A stretch of 64,000 nt of DNA from an uncultured Acidobacteriota bacterium (GCA_964421755.1 CAYQYP010000460.1:17487-81486); one strand, 5' to 3'; positions 1-9,801 are shown, numbered from the stretch's first letter. Made by a program: numbers and translations. Notes: generated by a model not told the origin, from the letters alone.

Positions 1-121
1 GACGGCCAAGCGCGCTGCCAGAACCGGGCGCAACCCGCAGACTGGCAAGCCCATCAAGATCCCGGCCAAGAAAGTGGCTCGGTTCATGCCTGGAAAGACG
101 CTGAAGGACGCCATCCAGTAG
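1..121 (+). CDS. HU/IHF-family nucleoid-associated DNA-binding protein, C-terminal fragment (5' end outside window)
   Basis: Frame 2 translates to ...[39 protein letters not shown], the conserved HU/IHF arm and C-terminus; stop TAG at 119-121. Confidence 0.6.
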   Translation, partial: TAKRAARTGRNPQTGKPIKIPAKKVARFMPGKTLKDAIQ

Positions 122-130
122 CGGTTTCCA

Positions 131-178
131 CCCGGGAGACCGGCGACCTAACCGCCGGTCTCCGCGGGGAACTTTTTG
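131..178 (+). terminator. Rho-independent terminator after the HU gene
   Basis: GC-rich stem GAGACCGGCG/CGCCGGTCTC with loop ACCTAA, followed by AACTTTTTG. Confidence 0.55.
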
Positions 179-223
179 AACAGAACAGCCGTCTTCTTGT
201 GATATTATTGGACGGTTTCACGT

Positions 224-298
224 AGGTGCGTAGCTCAGGGGAAGAGCACTTCCTTGACGCGGAAGGGGTCAGCGGTTCAATTCCGCTCGCACCTACCA
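224..298 (+). tRNA. tRNA-Val(GAC)
   Basis: Manual cloverleaf: acceptor AGGTGCG/CGCACCT, D-arm GCTC..GAGC, anticodon stem CTTCC/GGAAG with loop TTGACGC (anticodon GAC), T-arm AGCGG-TTCAATT-CCGCT, encoded CCA. Confidence 0.8.
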
Positions 299-311
299 TT
301 TTTGTTTTTGG

Positions 312-2138
312 GTGAAGGTAAACGTGTCCGCGTCTCAAATTCAGGATACTTCCGTGAAGGTCGTTAATCGCGATGGCTCGGTGTCTGAGCTGTCCGATCC
401 AGCAGCCGCCTTGGAGGTCCTCCGCCACTCAACATCGCATTTGATGGCTCTCGCGGTGACGCAACTGTATCCCGAGGTGCATCTCGGCATCGGTCCTGCC
501 ACCAGCGAGGGGTTCTATTATGATTTTCAGACGCCGCACCGTTTTACCGAAGAGGATCTGGGCCGGATCGAACAGAAAATGAACGAGCTGCGCAGCTCGG
601 ATCTCCCGTTCGAGCCTTCGATAGTCTCAAAGGATGAAGCAATCCGATTCTTCGCGGGAGCCGGCGAGTACCTGAAAACCGAGCTGATTCAAGAAAAGGA
701 TGGCCAAGTGCTCTCCTTTTTCAGGCTCGGGACGCTGACCGATTTCTGCACTGGTCCCCATGTCGTGTCCACCAGCAACCTGGGCGTTTTCAAGTTGCTT
801 TCGGTGGCCGGTTCTTACTGGCGTGGAGACGAGAAACGGGAGCAGCTGCAGCGCATCTACGGCACCGCATTTTTCACCGAGGCGGAACTGGCTGACTACC
901 TCCACCGCATGGAGGAGGCGAAAAAACGCGATCATCGCCGGCTGGGCAGGGAACTCGACCTGTTCACCATCCGGGAGGAAGTGGCGCCCGGTTTGATCTT
1001 CTGGCACCCGAAAGGGGCCGCGGTCCGGATCGTCATCGAGGATTTTCTGCGCCAGGAGCTGACCCGCGCCGGATATGTCTTCGTGTACACACCGCACATC
1101 GCCAAGAGCGATCTGTGGAAGATCTCGGGGCACTGGGATTATTACCGGGAGAACATGTACACGCTGCCAGTCGACGAAGAGGACTATGTCCTCAAGCCGA
1201 TGAACTGCCCGGGGCACATCATGATCTACCAGTCGACCCGGCGCAGCTACCGTGAACTGCCGATGCGTATCGCTGAGTTCGGCACCGTGTACCGGTATGA
1301 AAAATCGGGCACGCTCCATGGGATGCTCAGGGTGCGCGGGTTCACGCAAGATGATGCGCATATTTTCTGCCAGCCAGAACAGGTGCTGAGCGAAGTGGTC
1401 CAAACGCTGGACCTGGCGGACCACGTTCTCAAGAGTTTCGGCTTCGATCGCTTCCAGGTGGAGTTGTCAGCCTGGGATCCTGCACATCCGGAGAACTACG
1501 CGGGCAAACCGGAAGACTGGGGGACGGCGGAAGCGACCTTGGTGCACGCGCTGGAGCAGAAGGGTTGGCCCTACACGCGGCACGAAGGGGAAGCGAGTTT
1601 TTACGGTCCGAAGATCGACATCAAGCTGATTGATGCGCTCGGCCGGCCGTGGCAACTGAGCACTTTCCAGTTCGATTTCAACCTGCCCGCACGGTTCAAC
1701 GTGACCTACGCGGGGTCGGACAGCCGTGAACATCAGGCGATCATGATTCACAGGGCCCTGCTCGGGTCCATGGAACGCTTCATGGGGGTGCTCGTCGAGC
1801 ACTATGCAGGCGCATTTCCGGTCTGGCTCGCTCCGACTCAGGCAGTCATACTGCCGATCAGCGACAGGCATCACGGCTACGCCCGGGAAGTAGAAAAGCA
1901 TTTGAAAGACGCCGCAATTCGGGTAGAGTCGGATCTGAGGAATGAGAAGGTCGGCTACAAGATCCGCGAGCACCAGTTGCAGAAGGTGCCGTTCATGCTC
2001 GTCGTCGGCGATCAGGAAGCGAACAATCGGACCGTTTCGGTTCGTAACCGATTCGAAGGCGACAAAGGCGCCATCGCCCTGGATCAGGTGGTCGAGCTAA
2101 TCCGGAATCTCGCGCGGACCAAGGCGGTTCGGCCGTAG
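312..2138 (+). CDS. thrS: Threonyl-tRNA synthetase
   Basis: 608 aa; class II aaRS motifs (HRDHRRLG, MNCPGHIMIYQ, FGTVYRYE, RGFTQDDAHIF) and C-terminal anticodon-binding region; GTG start directly after tRNA-Val. Confidence 0.9.
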   Translation: MKVNVSASQIQDTSVKVVNRDGSVSELSDPAAALEVLRHSTSHLMALAVTQLYPEVHLGIGPATSEGFYYDFQTPHRFTEEDLGRIEQKMNELRSSDLPFEPSIVSKDEAIRFFAGAGEYLKTELIQEKDGQVLSFFRLGTLTDFCTGPHVVSTSNLGVFKLLSVAGSYWRGDEKREQLQRIYGTAFFTEAELADYLHRMEEAKKRDHRRLGRELDLFTIREEVAPGLIFWHPKGAAVRIVIEDFLRQELTRAGYVFVYTPHIAKSDLWKISGHWDYYRENMYTLPVDEEDYVLKPMNCPGHIMIYQSTRRSYRELPMRIAEFGTVYRYEKSGTLHGMLRVRGFTQDDAHIFCQPEQVLSEVVQTLDLADHVLKSFGFDRFQVELSAWDPAHPENYAGKPEDWGTAEATLVHALEQKGWPYTRHEGEASFYGPKIDIKLIDALGRPWQLSTFQFDFNLPARFNVTYAGSDSREHQAIMIHRALLGSMERFMGVLVEHYAGAFPVWLAPTQAVILPISDRHHGYAREVEKHLKDAAIRVESDLRNEKVGYKIREHQLQKVPFMLVVGDQEANNRTVSVRNRFEGDKGAIALDQVVELIRNLARTKAVRP

Positions 2139-2186
2139 TCGCCGTTCCCCCCGACCGCGCATCGGACTTAACTTTGGGAGGGGAAG

Positions 2187-2693
2187 ATCAACAGAACTCG
2201 AGTAAATCAACAAATCAGGGCCCGTGAAGTTCGAGTGATTGACGAGGCTGGAGTCCAGTTGGGAGTCTTGGACCCCCGACAGGCGCTCGCCATGGCGGAA
2301 GAACGAGGTCTTGATCTGGTGGAGGTCGCGCCCACCGCGCAACCACCTGTCTGCCGTATCATGGACTACGGCAAATACCTGTACCAGCAGAACAAGAAGG
2401 CACAGGAAGCCAAGAAGAACCAGAAAATGGTTCAGATCAAGGAAGTCAAGTTCCGGCCGAAGATCGACGAGCACGATTACGAGTTCAAGAAGAATCACAT
2501 CATCCGTTTTCTGCAGGACGAGAACAAGGTCAAGGCGACCGTGATGTTCCGAGGCCGGGAAGTCACTCACGCAGAGATCGGGGAACAGATTCTCAAGCGG
2601 CTGCTACAAGAGCTCAGCGAAGTCGCCCTCATCGAGCGGCATCCCAAGTTGGAAGGCTACTCGATGACCATGATATTGACTCCGAAAAAGTAA
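2187..2693 (+). CDS. infC: Translation initiation factor IF-3, probable non-AUG (AUC) start
   Basis: Track ORF 2235..2693 (MIDEAGVQLG...); conserved IF3 N-terminus INRTRVNQQIRAREVRVID lies upstream in-frame of the first AUG/GUG; in-frame stop at 2169-2171; only ATC at 2187 is preceded by an SD (GGAGG at 2177-2181, 5 nt spacer). Confidence 0.75.
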   Translation: MNRTRVNQQIRAREVRVIDEAGVQLGVLDPRQALAMAEERGLDLVEVAPTAQPPVCRIMDYGKYLYQQNKKAQEAKKNQKMVQIKEVKFRPKIDEHDYEFKKNHIIRFLQDENKVKATVMFRGREVTHAEIGEQILKRLLQELSEVALIERHPKLEGYSMTMILTPKK

Positions 2694-2812
2694 CCGGATT
2701 TCGGAAAATTCCGGGACTCACTACTCCATTCTCTGCGCCAGCGTTGTCACGCCGCTGGTCGGTGCGGCGAATAGAGTGTTGTGTCCCTTGATAGCTCAGT
2801 GGAGAAGCAATT

Positions 2813-3007
2813 ATGCCAAAGCTAAAAACAAAACGAGCGGCCGCGAAGCGCTTTAAAGTCACCGGAAGCGGGAAAGTGCGCATGAGACACAGCTTTCATA
2901 GCCACATCCTGACCAAGAAGAGCTCCAAGCGGAAGAGACGCCTGAGCGAGTGGGCCAATGCATCGCCTGCCGATACCAGGCGTATCAAGCGAATGCTGGT
3001 CGTCTAA
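2813..3007 (+). CDS. rpmI: 50S ribosomal protein L35
   Basis: [22 protein letters not shown]... 64 aa, canonical L35. Confidence 0.9.
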   Translation: MPKLKTKRAAAKRFKVTGSGKVRMRHSFHSHILTKKSSKRKRRLSEWANASPADTRRIKRMLVV

Positions 3008-3079
3008 GGCCAGGGGCGGTTCGATCGGAACCACGCCCGGCCTGCGAGTTTAAGAAAGTGCGAAGGTGAAAAGCAGCGT

Positions 3080-3436
3080 ATGGCAAGAGTAAAGAGGGGA
3101 AACAAGAGGGTTCAGCGCCGGAAGAAGATCCTCGGTCTGGCCAAAGGCTATTACGGAACTAAGGGAAAGCTGCACCGTCAGGCTAAGGAGCAGGTGATCA
3201 AATCGCTTGCCTATGCGTATCGGGATCGCAGACAAAAGAAGCGCAACTTCCGCAGCCTTTGGATCATAAGGATCAGTGCCGCCGCGAAAGCCCATCAGCT
3301 GTCGTACAGCCAGTTGATCCACGGCTTGAAAACCGCCGGTGTCGATTTGAACCGCAAGGTGCTGGCCGATATCGCGGCTCAAGACCCAGAGGGGTTTGCT
3401 CGTCTGGCCGAGACCGCCCGGCAGGCAACTGCCTAG
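3080..3436 (+). CDS. rplT: 50S ribosomal protein L20
   Basis: [26 protein letters not shown]..., 118 aa. Confidence 0.9.
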   Translation: MARVKRGNKRVQRRKKILGLAKGYYGTKGKLHRQAKEQVIKSLAYAYRDRRQKKRNFRSLWIIRISAAAKAHQLSYSQLIHGLKTAGVDLNRKVLADIAAQDPEGFARLAETARQATA

Positions 3437-3459
3437 AATCCGCCCCCGTCGGGCGTTCT

Positions 3460-4503
3460 ATGGACCGGGTGCCTATGTCGACCACGCAGTCAAGTGACCT
3501 GCTCTGGGAAGCTTTCCAGTCAGAGCTGAGCCAGATTTCGAGTTCCGACCAGATTGCGGAAATCCGGGATCGCTACCTGAGCCGCCAGCGGGGCCTCATC
3601 ACGCTCGAGCTCAAGAAGCTCGGGCAGTTGGCTCCCGAACAGCGTCCCGTTGTCGGTCAGATGCTTAATCAGCTCAAGACCCGGGTGGAAGCTCGCCTGG
3701 AAGAGCGCCAGCAGCAACTGAACCAACAAGACCGGGCTCGAAAGCTGGAGGGGGAAGGGATCGATGTCACCCTCCCCGGTTACTCCTTTGGCTTCGGCAA
3801 GATGCACCCGCTTCGAAGGGTCCGCCAGGAGATGGAGGAAATTTTCGTCTCCATGGGATTCACGGTCGCCTCCGGCCCCGAAATCGAAGACGACTTTCAC
3901 AACTTCGAGGCGCTGAACATGCCTCCCGGGCATCCTGCGCGTGATTCACAGGACACCCTTTACATCACCGAGAACCTGGTTCTCCGGACCCACACGTCAC
4001 CCGTCCAGATCAGGACGATGATGAATCAGAAGCCGCCCGTCCGGATAATCGTCCCCGGCAAAGTGTTCCGGAGGGACGCGGTCGACGCGACCCACAGCCC
4101 CATGTTCCACCAGTTGGAGGGGCTGGTGGTCGACGAAGGAATCACCCTGGCCGACCTGAAAGGAACGCTGGAAGTATTCTTCAAGGCGTTCTTCTCCCAA
4201 AACACGACCGTCCGGCTTCGGCCCAGCTTCTTCCCATTCGTGGAGCCAGGGGCGGAAATGGATGTCTCCTGCATCTTCTGCTCCGGGAAGGGTTGCAGCA
4301 CCTGTAAGCAGAGCGGCTGGATCGAGATCCTCGGCGCCGGCATGGTGCATCCTCGCGTCCTCGAGACCGTAGGCTACGACTATGAGAAGTACACGGGTTT
4401 CGCGTGGGGCATGGGGATCGATCGGATTGCTCAGCTGAAGTACGACATCAACGACATGCGGCTCCTCTTCGAAAACGACCTGCGGTTTCTCGGTCAGTTT
4501 TAG
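3460..4503 (+). CDS. pheS: Phenylalanyl-tRNA synthetase alpha subunit
   Basis: Track ORF 3259..4503 overlaps rplT in another frame; first in-frame ATG after the rplT stop is 3460 (MDRVPMSTTQ...); class II motifs FRRD, GWIEILGAGMVHP, FAWGMGIDRIA. Confidence 0.85.
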   Translation: MDRVPMSTTQSSDLLWEAFQSELSQISSSDQIAEIRDRYLSRQRGLITLELKKLGQLAPEQRPVVGQMLNQLKTRVEARLEERQQQLNQQDRARKLEGEGIDVTLPGYSFGFGKMHPLRRVRQEMEEIFVSMGFTVASGPEIEDDFHNFEALNMPPGHPARDSQDTLYITENLVLRTHTSPVQIRTMMNQKPPVRIIVPGKVFRRDAVDATHSPMFHQLEGLVVDEGITLADLKGTLEVFFKAFFSQNTTVRLRPSFFPFVEPGAEMDVSCIFCSGKGCSTCKQSGWIEILGAGMVHPRVLETVGYDYEKYTGFAWGMGIDRIAQLKYDINDMRLLFENDLRFLGQF

Positions 4504-4530
4504 TTCAACTCCAATTCTGGACGCTCCCAC

Positions 4531-6597
4531 ATGAAGATCAGCTACACCTGGTTACAGGATTTTCTGGACTTAGAGCCGTTGGGTCTCGATTCCGCCGCCG
4601 TCGCGCATGCGCTCGCCTCGCTCGGCCTCCCCATCGAGGGAACCGAGCAGCAGGAAACGGACACCATTCTTGACGTGGAGGTGACCAGCAATCGACCGGA
4701 CTGCCTGAACCACCTCGGCGTAGCCCGCGAGCTCGCGGCTCACTTCAGGCTGAAATTGAAGGCGCCCGACTTCTCCAGCCCGGCGGCCGCCTTCCCCCTG
4801 TCGGAGTTTCCGTCGAGCGTGACGATCGAGGCCCCCGATCTGTGTCCCCGGTACGCGGCCCGCATCATCACCGGAATAGCAATAGAGGAATCGCCTGAAT
4901 GGCTCAAGCAGAGGCTGATCGCAGTCGGTCAGCGCCCCATCAGCAACGTGGTGGACATCACCAACTATGTCCTCCTGACCGTTGGACATCCGCTGCACGC
5001 ATTTGACTACGAACGACTGGAAGGGAACCGCATCGTGGTGCGTCGCCCTCGCCCGGGCGAAAGCATCGTCACCCTGGACGGTGCGGAACGCGAGCTCACT
5101 CCCGAGATGCTCGCGATCTGCGACGCCCGGAAACCTGTCGCATTGGCAGGCGTTATGGGCGGCGCCGATAGCGAGATCTCGACACTCACCTCCACGGTCC
5201 TTCTGGAAAGCGCCTATTTCCGACCGTCGTCCATCCGTTCGACGTCGAAGAAGCTGGCGCTCCGGACGGAAGCGTCCTACCGATTCGAGCGGGGGGCCGA
5301 CCCCCTGGCTCCGGTGGCCGCGCTCAACCTGGCCACCCGGCTGATCGCCGAGCTGGCAGGCGGCAAGTGCGCAGGCGAAGTCCTGGATGAAAACCCGGTG
5401 CCGTTCGAGCCGCGTGTTCTCAAGCTCCGGACGAAGCGCATCACGCAAGTGACCGGGATGCAATTCGAGCCCGAATTCGTGATAGAAACCCTGGGGCGAC
5501 TGCATTTCGGGGCCACCCCGAACGGCGACGCGACCTGGGAGGTTCGAGTCCCCAGCTTCAGGCCCGATGTCGAGATGGAAGACGACCTCGTCGAGGAGCT
5601 GGCCAGGCATTACGGCTACGACAAGATCCCGAGCACCTATCCGGTTCAGCAGATCCACGGGGCTTTCCTTCCGACCAGGAAGGCGGAGGATAACCTGCTC
5701 GACAGACTGCATGCCTTTGGCATTTCCGAAGCGGTGAACTACGTCTTCAGTACTCCCGCTCGCGAAGCCCGGCTCTTCGGCCAGCCGCCTTCCATGGTTC
5801 CCATTGCGAACCCGCTCACCGAGGAAGACACTCACCTCCGGACCAGCCTGATTCCGGGTCTGGTGGAATCCGTGCGCCGCAATCTGAACCACGGCAACAG
5901 GGAGGTGCGACTCTACGAGTTCGGCAAGGTATTCATCCCCGAGTCCGGCTCCGAGGCGGGTTTCCGGGAGGAGCTTCGGTTGGGGGTTATTGTCATCGGG
6001 ACGTTTTACCGGCCGTACTGGGAAACCTCCGGCGACGAGCTTAATTTCTTCCACCTGAAGGGGATCGTCGAGGAGTCTTTGCGCGGCTTGGGGAGGACTC
6101 TGTCCTGTTCCCCGACCACCGCGATCCCGTTTCTTCATCCTGGGATAGGGGCCGAGGCATTGGTCGACGGGTCGTCCCTTGGCTTTCTCGGCCAGCTGCA
6201 TCCTGACGTTCAGGAGGACTACAAGTTCCTCGACAAAGTCTTCGTCGCCGAGCTGAACCTCGAGCCGCTCTTCGCGGCGCCGGTCCCGGAACCGCACTAC
6301 ACGCCGCTGCTCAGGTTCCCCACCACTGAGCGTGATCTGTCTTTTGTAGTTGACAAAGGAGTCAAATACGGTAAAATTATCGGCGCTATTAAATCGTTGA
6401 ACATCGCAAACTTACGCGATATTCGACTGATTGATCTCTATCGCGGCCAGAACCTTCCCGCCGGAAAGGTTAGCTTAGCTATACGTCTAACCTTCGCCGA
6501 CCCTTCACGTACGTTGACGCAAGACGAGGTGAGCCGGTACACCGAGCAGGTAGCCGATCTGCTCAGCCGTGGCTTCTCGGCTGAACGGCGTTCGTGA
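4531..6597 (+). CDS. pheT: Phenylalanyl-tRNA synthetase beta subunit (short form, apparently lacking the N-terminal Myf tRNA-binding domain)
   Basis: 688 aa; B3/B4, B5 (FRPDVEMEDDLVEELARHYGYD) and C-terminal anticodon-binding-like domains recognisable. Confidence 0.85.
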   Translation: MKISYTWLQDFLDLEPLGLDSAAVAHALASLGLPIEGTEQQETDTILDVEVTSNRPDCLNHLGVARELAAHFRLKLKAPDFSSPAAAFPLSEFPSSVTIEAPDLCPRYAARIITGIAIEESPEWLKQRLIAVGQRPISNVVDITNYVLLTVGHPLHAFDYERLEGNRIVVRRPRPGESIVTLDGAERELTPEMLAICDARKPVALAGVMGGADSEISTLTSTVLLESAYFRPSSIRSTSKKLALRTEASYRFERGADPLAPVAALNLATRLIAELAGGKCAGEVLDENPVPFEPRVLKLRTKRITQVTGMQFEPEFVIETLGRLHFGATPNGDATWEVRVPSFRPDVEMEDDLVEELARHYGYDKIPSTYPVQQIHGAFLPTRKAEDNLLDRLHAFGISEAVNYVFSTPAREARLFGQPPSMVPIANPLTEEDTHLRTSLIPGLVESVRRNLNHGNREVRLYEFGKVFIPESGSEAGFREELRLGVIVIGTFYRPYWETSGDELNFFHLKGIVEESLRGLGRTLSCSPTTAIPFLHPGIGAEALVDGSSLGFLGQLHPDVQEDYKFLDKVFVAELNLEPLFAAPVPEPHYTPLLRFPTTERDLSFVVDKGVKYGKIIGAIKSLNIANLRDIRLIDLYRGQNLPAGKVSLAIRLTFADPSRTLTQDEVSRYTEQVADLLSRGFSAERRS

Positions 6598-6615
6598 TTC
6601 GTCTGGAGGTGGCTT

Positions 6616-6882
6616 GTGTGCGAGAGTGCTCTGAGACGTTTGGAAGATAACGTCGCCGGGATTCTGGAAGTTCTAAAGCGCCTGCAAGCCGAAAACGCTG
6701 AACTGAAAAGCACGGTCCAAAGATTGACAGACGACCTGGAGGAGCTCAGGAAAGAGACCCGAGCCAAAGGGGAAATGATTCGGCGCTTTGAGGCCGAACG
6801 AAACGAAATCGGGTCACGAGTCGAGAAGATAATGCGGAAGGTAGCCGCGTTGGAGAAACCGGGGAAGGAAGCGAGAACCTGA
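6616..6882 (+). CDS. Small coiled-coil protein, ZapB-like (putative cell division factor)
   Basis: 88 aa, heptad-rich (LEVLKRLQAENAELKSTVQRLTDDLEELRKE); sits directly upstream of zapA; GTG start. Confidence 0.45.
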   Translation: MCESALRRLEDNVAGILEVLKRLQAENAELKSTVQRLTDDLEELRKETRAKGEMIRRFEAERNEIGSRVEKIMRKVAALEKPGKEART

Positions 6883-6885
6883 GGG

Positions 6886-7197
6886 GTGACGATGACTGAA
6901 GGTTCCGAGCGCATCACAGTGATCGAAATTTTTAATCAGACATATCACGTTCGCAGCGCCGGGTCCGAAGACCACATCAAGGAACTGGCGAGATTTGTGG
7001 ATGAACGGATGCGCGAGGTCTCCAGCCTCACCCCTACCGTGGATAGCCTGAAAGTAGCTGTACTGGCGGCTTTGAACATCGCCGACAGATTCTTTGCGAC
7101 AAGACAGAAACTCGACGAATTGGAGAAAGCGGTCACCGAAAGAAGCGATAAGTTGTCGGGACTTTTGGAGCCTGTGCTCAGTTCCAAATCACCGTAG
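6886..7197 (+). CDS. zapA: Cell division protein ZapA
   Basis: 103 aa; ITVIEIFNQTYHVRS...LKVAVLAALNIADRF matches the ZapA fold signature. Confidence 0.75.
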   Translation: MTMTEGSERITVIEIFNQTYHVRSAGSEDHIKELARFVDERMREVSSLTPTVDSLKVAVLAALNIADRFFATRQKLDELEKAVTERSDKLSGLLEPVLSSKSP

Positions 7198-7217
7198 TCG
7201 AGTTCAGGGCCGTCACG

Positions 7218-7240
7218 GAGCGCGGACGTCGCGTCCGCCG
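7218..7240. repeat. REP-like palindromic hairpin, copy 1 (GGAGCGCGGACGTC-GCGTCCGCC)
   Basis: Shares the 14-nt core GGAGCGCGGACGTC with copies at 9752 and 32741; stem GCGGACG/CGTCCGC. Confidence 0.5.
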
Positions 7241-7377
7241 AATCGCCTGCATTGTTTCCCGGATTACTCGAGTCATCGGCGCGAGCGGACAACAAACTGT
7301 TGTCTTGCCCCCGACGGCTCGCCCTCCTCGCGTTTCCCATCTGCCCCTGAGTTCCCGAGGATCAAGGAGTTGCGGTT

Positions 7378-8937
7378 ATGGTGTGGGAAACAATCGTTGG
7401 TCTTGCGCTTGTGGCTGGACTAACCCTCGCGATATGGTACCTGCTCAAAAGCCGGGTCCTCGACCGCAAAGTGCAGGATGCGGAGCGACGCGTCGCTGAA
7501 ATCGAGCGGCAGGCGAAGGACGACGCGGAGCGGATCCGCAGGGAACAACTGGTCGAAGCCAAAGACCAGATTTTTGCCTGGCGAAGCGAGGCCGAGCAGC
7601 AGATTCAGGAGCGACGGAAAGACGTCGGCGTCCTCGAGCGCCGAGTTGCGCAGAAAGAGGACGGGCTGCAGCGGACGGAGCAGGCATTGGCTCGCAAAGA
7701 ACGCGAAGTCGAACAGCGTTTGGAGTCCATCCGCGCCCGGGAGCAAAAAGCCACTCAGAACGAGGAGCGGCTCGAGCAGCTGATTGCCGACAACGTCCGC
7801 CGCCTGGAAGCCCTGGCCGGCATGTCGGCCGACGAGGCGAAGCGCCACCTCATCAAATCCGTCGAGACTGAGGCCTTGCGGGAGGCAGCGCTGCTCGCCA
7901 AGCGCATCGAAGAGGACGCCCGGGAGCGGGCCGACCGGGAGGCGCGCAAAATCATCACCCAGGCCATTCAACGATGCGCCGCGGAACACGTCGTCGAGTC
8001 CACGGTGTCGGTCGTTGATCTCCCCTCCGAGGATATGAAGGGCCGCATCATCGGCCGTGAGGGGCGCAATATCCGGGCGCTCGAGCAGGCAACCGGCGTC
8101 GACCTGATCGTGGACGATACCCCGGAGGCCGTTATCCTCTCGGGTTTCGATCCGTTCCGCCGCGAAATAGCCAAGCTGTCCATTGAGCGGTTGATCAAAG
8201 ACGGACGCATCCACCCGGCCAGGATCGAGGAAGTGGTGGTCAAGGTCCAGGAGGAGATGGAGGCCAAACTCTTGGAGGACGGCGAGCAGGCCGCTTTCGA
8301 GATCGGCATCCATGACATGCATGAGGAGCTGCTGCGTTTCCTCGGGCGGCTGAAATACCGCACAAGCTACGGTCAGAACGTCCTCTACCATTGCCGCGAG
8401 GTTGCTTATCTGGCGGGCATCATGGCTCGCGAAGTCGGCGCCGACGTCGGTATCTGCAAGCGCGCCGGCCTGATCCACGATATCGGAAAGGCAGTCGACC
8501 GGGACATGGAGGGGACGCACCTGCAACTGGGGGTGGACCTCGCCCGCAAGTATTCGGAGGGCGATGAGGTGATTCACGCGATGGAGGCGCATCACTTCGA
8601 CGTCGATTTCAGGACTCTTGAGGCTGTTCTGGTCCAGGCGGCCGATGCGATCTCCGCCGCCCGGCCGGGAGCCCGCCGGGAGGTGCTCGAAAACTATGTC
8701 AAGCGCCTGGAAAAACTCGAATCCATAGCCGGGTCTTTCGCCGGAGTCGCCAAGGCCTTTGCCCTTCAAGCAGGGCGCGAAGTGAGAATTATCGTCGAGA
8801 GCGCCAAGGTATCCGATGATCAGTCCTTCTGGCTGGCCAAGGAAATCGCCAAGAAAATCGAAAACGAGCTGCAGTACCCGGGTCAGATTCGCGTGACCGT
8901 CATCCGCGAAATGCGAGTGGTGGATTACGCGAAGTAG
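7378..8937 (+). CDS. rny: Ribonuclease Y
   Basis: 519 aa; N-terminal TM helix, long coiled coil, KH domain ([15 protein letters not shown]) and HD domain (HDIGK); conserved rny-ymdB pairing. Confidence 0.9.
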   Translation: MVWETIVGLALVAGLTLAIWYLLKSRVLDRKVQDAERRVAEIERQAKDDAERIRREQLVEAKDQIFAWRSEAEQQIQERRKDVGVLERRVAQKEDGLQRTEQALARKEREVEQRLESIRAREQKATQNEERLEQLIADNVRRLEALAGMSADEAKRHLIKSVETEALREAALLAKRIEEDARERADREARKIITQAIQRCAAEHVVESTVSVVDLPSEDMKGRIIGREGRNIRALEQATGVDLIVDDTPEAVILSGFDPFRREIAKLSIERLIKDGRIHPARIEEVVVKVQEEMEAKLLEDGEQAAFEIGIHDMHEELLRFLGRLKYRTSYGQNVLYHCREVAYLAGIMAREVGADVGICKRAGLIHDIGKAVDRDMEGTHLQLGVDLARKYSEGDEVIHAMEAHHFDVDFRTLEAVLVQAADAISAARPGARREVLENYVKRLEKLESIAGSFAGVAKAFALQAGREVRIIVESAKVSDDQSFWLAKEIAKKIENELQYPGQIRVTVIREMRVVDYAK

Positions 8938-8964
8938 GAAACACGGAAGCCACGGAACCTTCGG

Positions 8965-9741
8965 ATGAATATTCTCTTTGTCGGCGACGTCGTGGGGCGC
9001 CCGGGTCGCAAGGTCCTCTATCACTACCTTCGACAGACCCAGGAACAGAACGAGGTCGATTTTACGATCGTCAATGTCGAAAACGCCGCTGGCGGGTTTG
9101 GCATCACGGGTGAAATTGCCGAGGAGATCCTGAAAGCGGGCGCGGACGTCCTGACATCCGGTAATCACATCTGGGACAAGCGGGAAGTTTTCGACTTCCT
9201 GGCCCGTGAGCCGCGGCTGCTGCGCCCCGGCAACTACCCGAAGGGAGCGCCGGGCGAATTTGCCCATGTTGGCGAAGCCAAAACCGGCGTCCGGGTCGCG
9301 GTGATCAATCTTCAGGGCCGGGTCTTCATGCCCCTGACCGATTGCCCGTTTCAATTTGCCCAGCGGGAGATCCCCCGCCTCGCCAAGGAAACGCCGATCA
9401 TCGTGGTCGACTTCCATGCGGAAGCGACTTCCGAGAAGATGGCGCTCGGCTGGTTCCTGGATGGCCAGATATCAGCACTCGTGGGTACCCACACCCATAT
9501 TCCGACCGCGGACACCCGCATCCTGCCCAAAGGTACCGCCTACGTGAGCGATGTCGGGATGACGGGTCCCTACGATTCGATCATCGGCATGGAAGTCGAA
9601 GGCTCGCTCGGTAGGTTCCTGACAGGTTTTCCCAACCGGATGGAAGTCGCAGACGGTCCGGCGACATTCGCCTCGGTGTTGATCACCGTGGACGAAACCA
9701 CCGGCCGCGCCACGGCCATCAAGCGGATTGACCGGGGATGA
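8965..9741 (+). CDS. ymdB: YmdB-family metallophosphoesterase (2',3'-cyclic-nucleotide phosphodiesterase-like)
   Basis: MNILFVGDVVGRPGR..., GNHIWD, VVDFHAEATSEK motifs of the TIGR00282 family. Confidence 0.8.
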   Translation: MNILFVGDVVGRPGRKVLYHYLRQTQEQNEVDFTIVNVENAAGGFGITGEIAEEILKAGADVLTSGNHIWDKREVFDFLAREPRLLRPGNYPKGAPGEFAHVGEAKTGVRVAVINLQGRVFMPLTDCPFQFAQREIPRLAKETPIIVVDFHAEATSEKMALGWFLDGQISALVGTHTHIPTADTRILPKGTAYVSDVGMTGPYDSIIGMEVEGSLGRFLTGFPNRMEVADGPATFASVLITVDETTGRATAIKRIDRG

Positions 9742-9751
9742 AGGCTGTCCT

Positions 9752-9777
9752 GGAGCGCGGACGTCCCGTCCGCGCTC
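9752..9777. repeat. REP-like palindromic hairpin, copy 2 (perfect 11-bp stem GAGCGCGGACG/CGTCCGCGCTC)
   Basis: Sits between convergent ymdB and uvrA ends; same core as 7218 and 32741. Confidence 0.55.
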
Positions 9778-9801
9778 AAAACGAGACGTCCGAGCTCCGG
9801 G

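Noticed and set aside
3259-3459. N-terminal extensions of track ORFs: pheS from 3259, mutM from 29652, thiolase from 25417, oxidoreductase from 32645, ppdK to 37785, sigma factor from 41083, thioesterase from 39974
   Set aside because: The extensions overlap upstream genes, a tRNA or a promoter. The conserved protein N-termini and RBSs identify the downstream starts given in features.
4570-6297. 575-aa minus-strand ORF antisense to pheT; similar long antisense or alternate-frame ORFs at 7420..9417(-), 9835..11286(+), 14560..15438(-), 23538..24428(-), 25594..26742(-), 27674..28216(-), 34429..36435(+), 42906..43571(-), 43851..44462(-), 49191..50330(-)
   Set aside because: Each overlaps a gene with unambiguous conserved motifs on the other strand or frame. 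Their translations are Arg/Gly/Pro-rich and low-complexity, which is typical of shadow ORFs in ~60% GC DNA.
7198-7377. Possible 6S RNA (ssrS) in the zapA-rny spacer, by analogy with E. coli zapA-ssrS linkage
   Set aside because: The 5' and 3' ends carry a direct repeat (GAGTTC) rather than a complementary closing stem, and there is no obvious central bubble architecture. I see only a REP-like hairpin and a short palindrome (GACAACAAACTGTTGTC). A covariance-model search would be needed.
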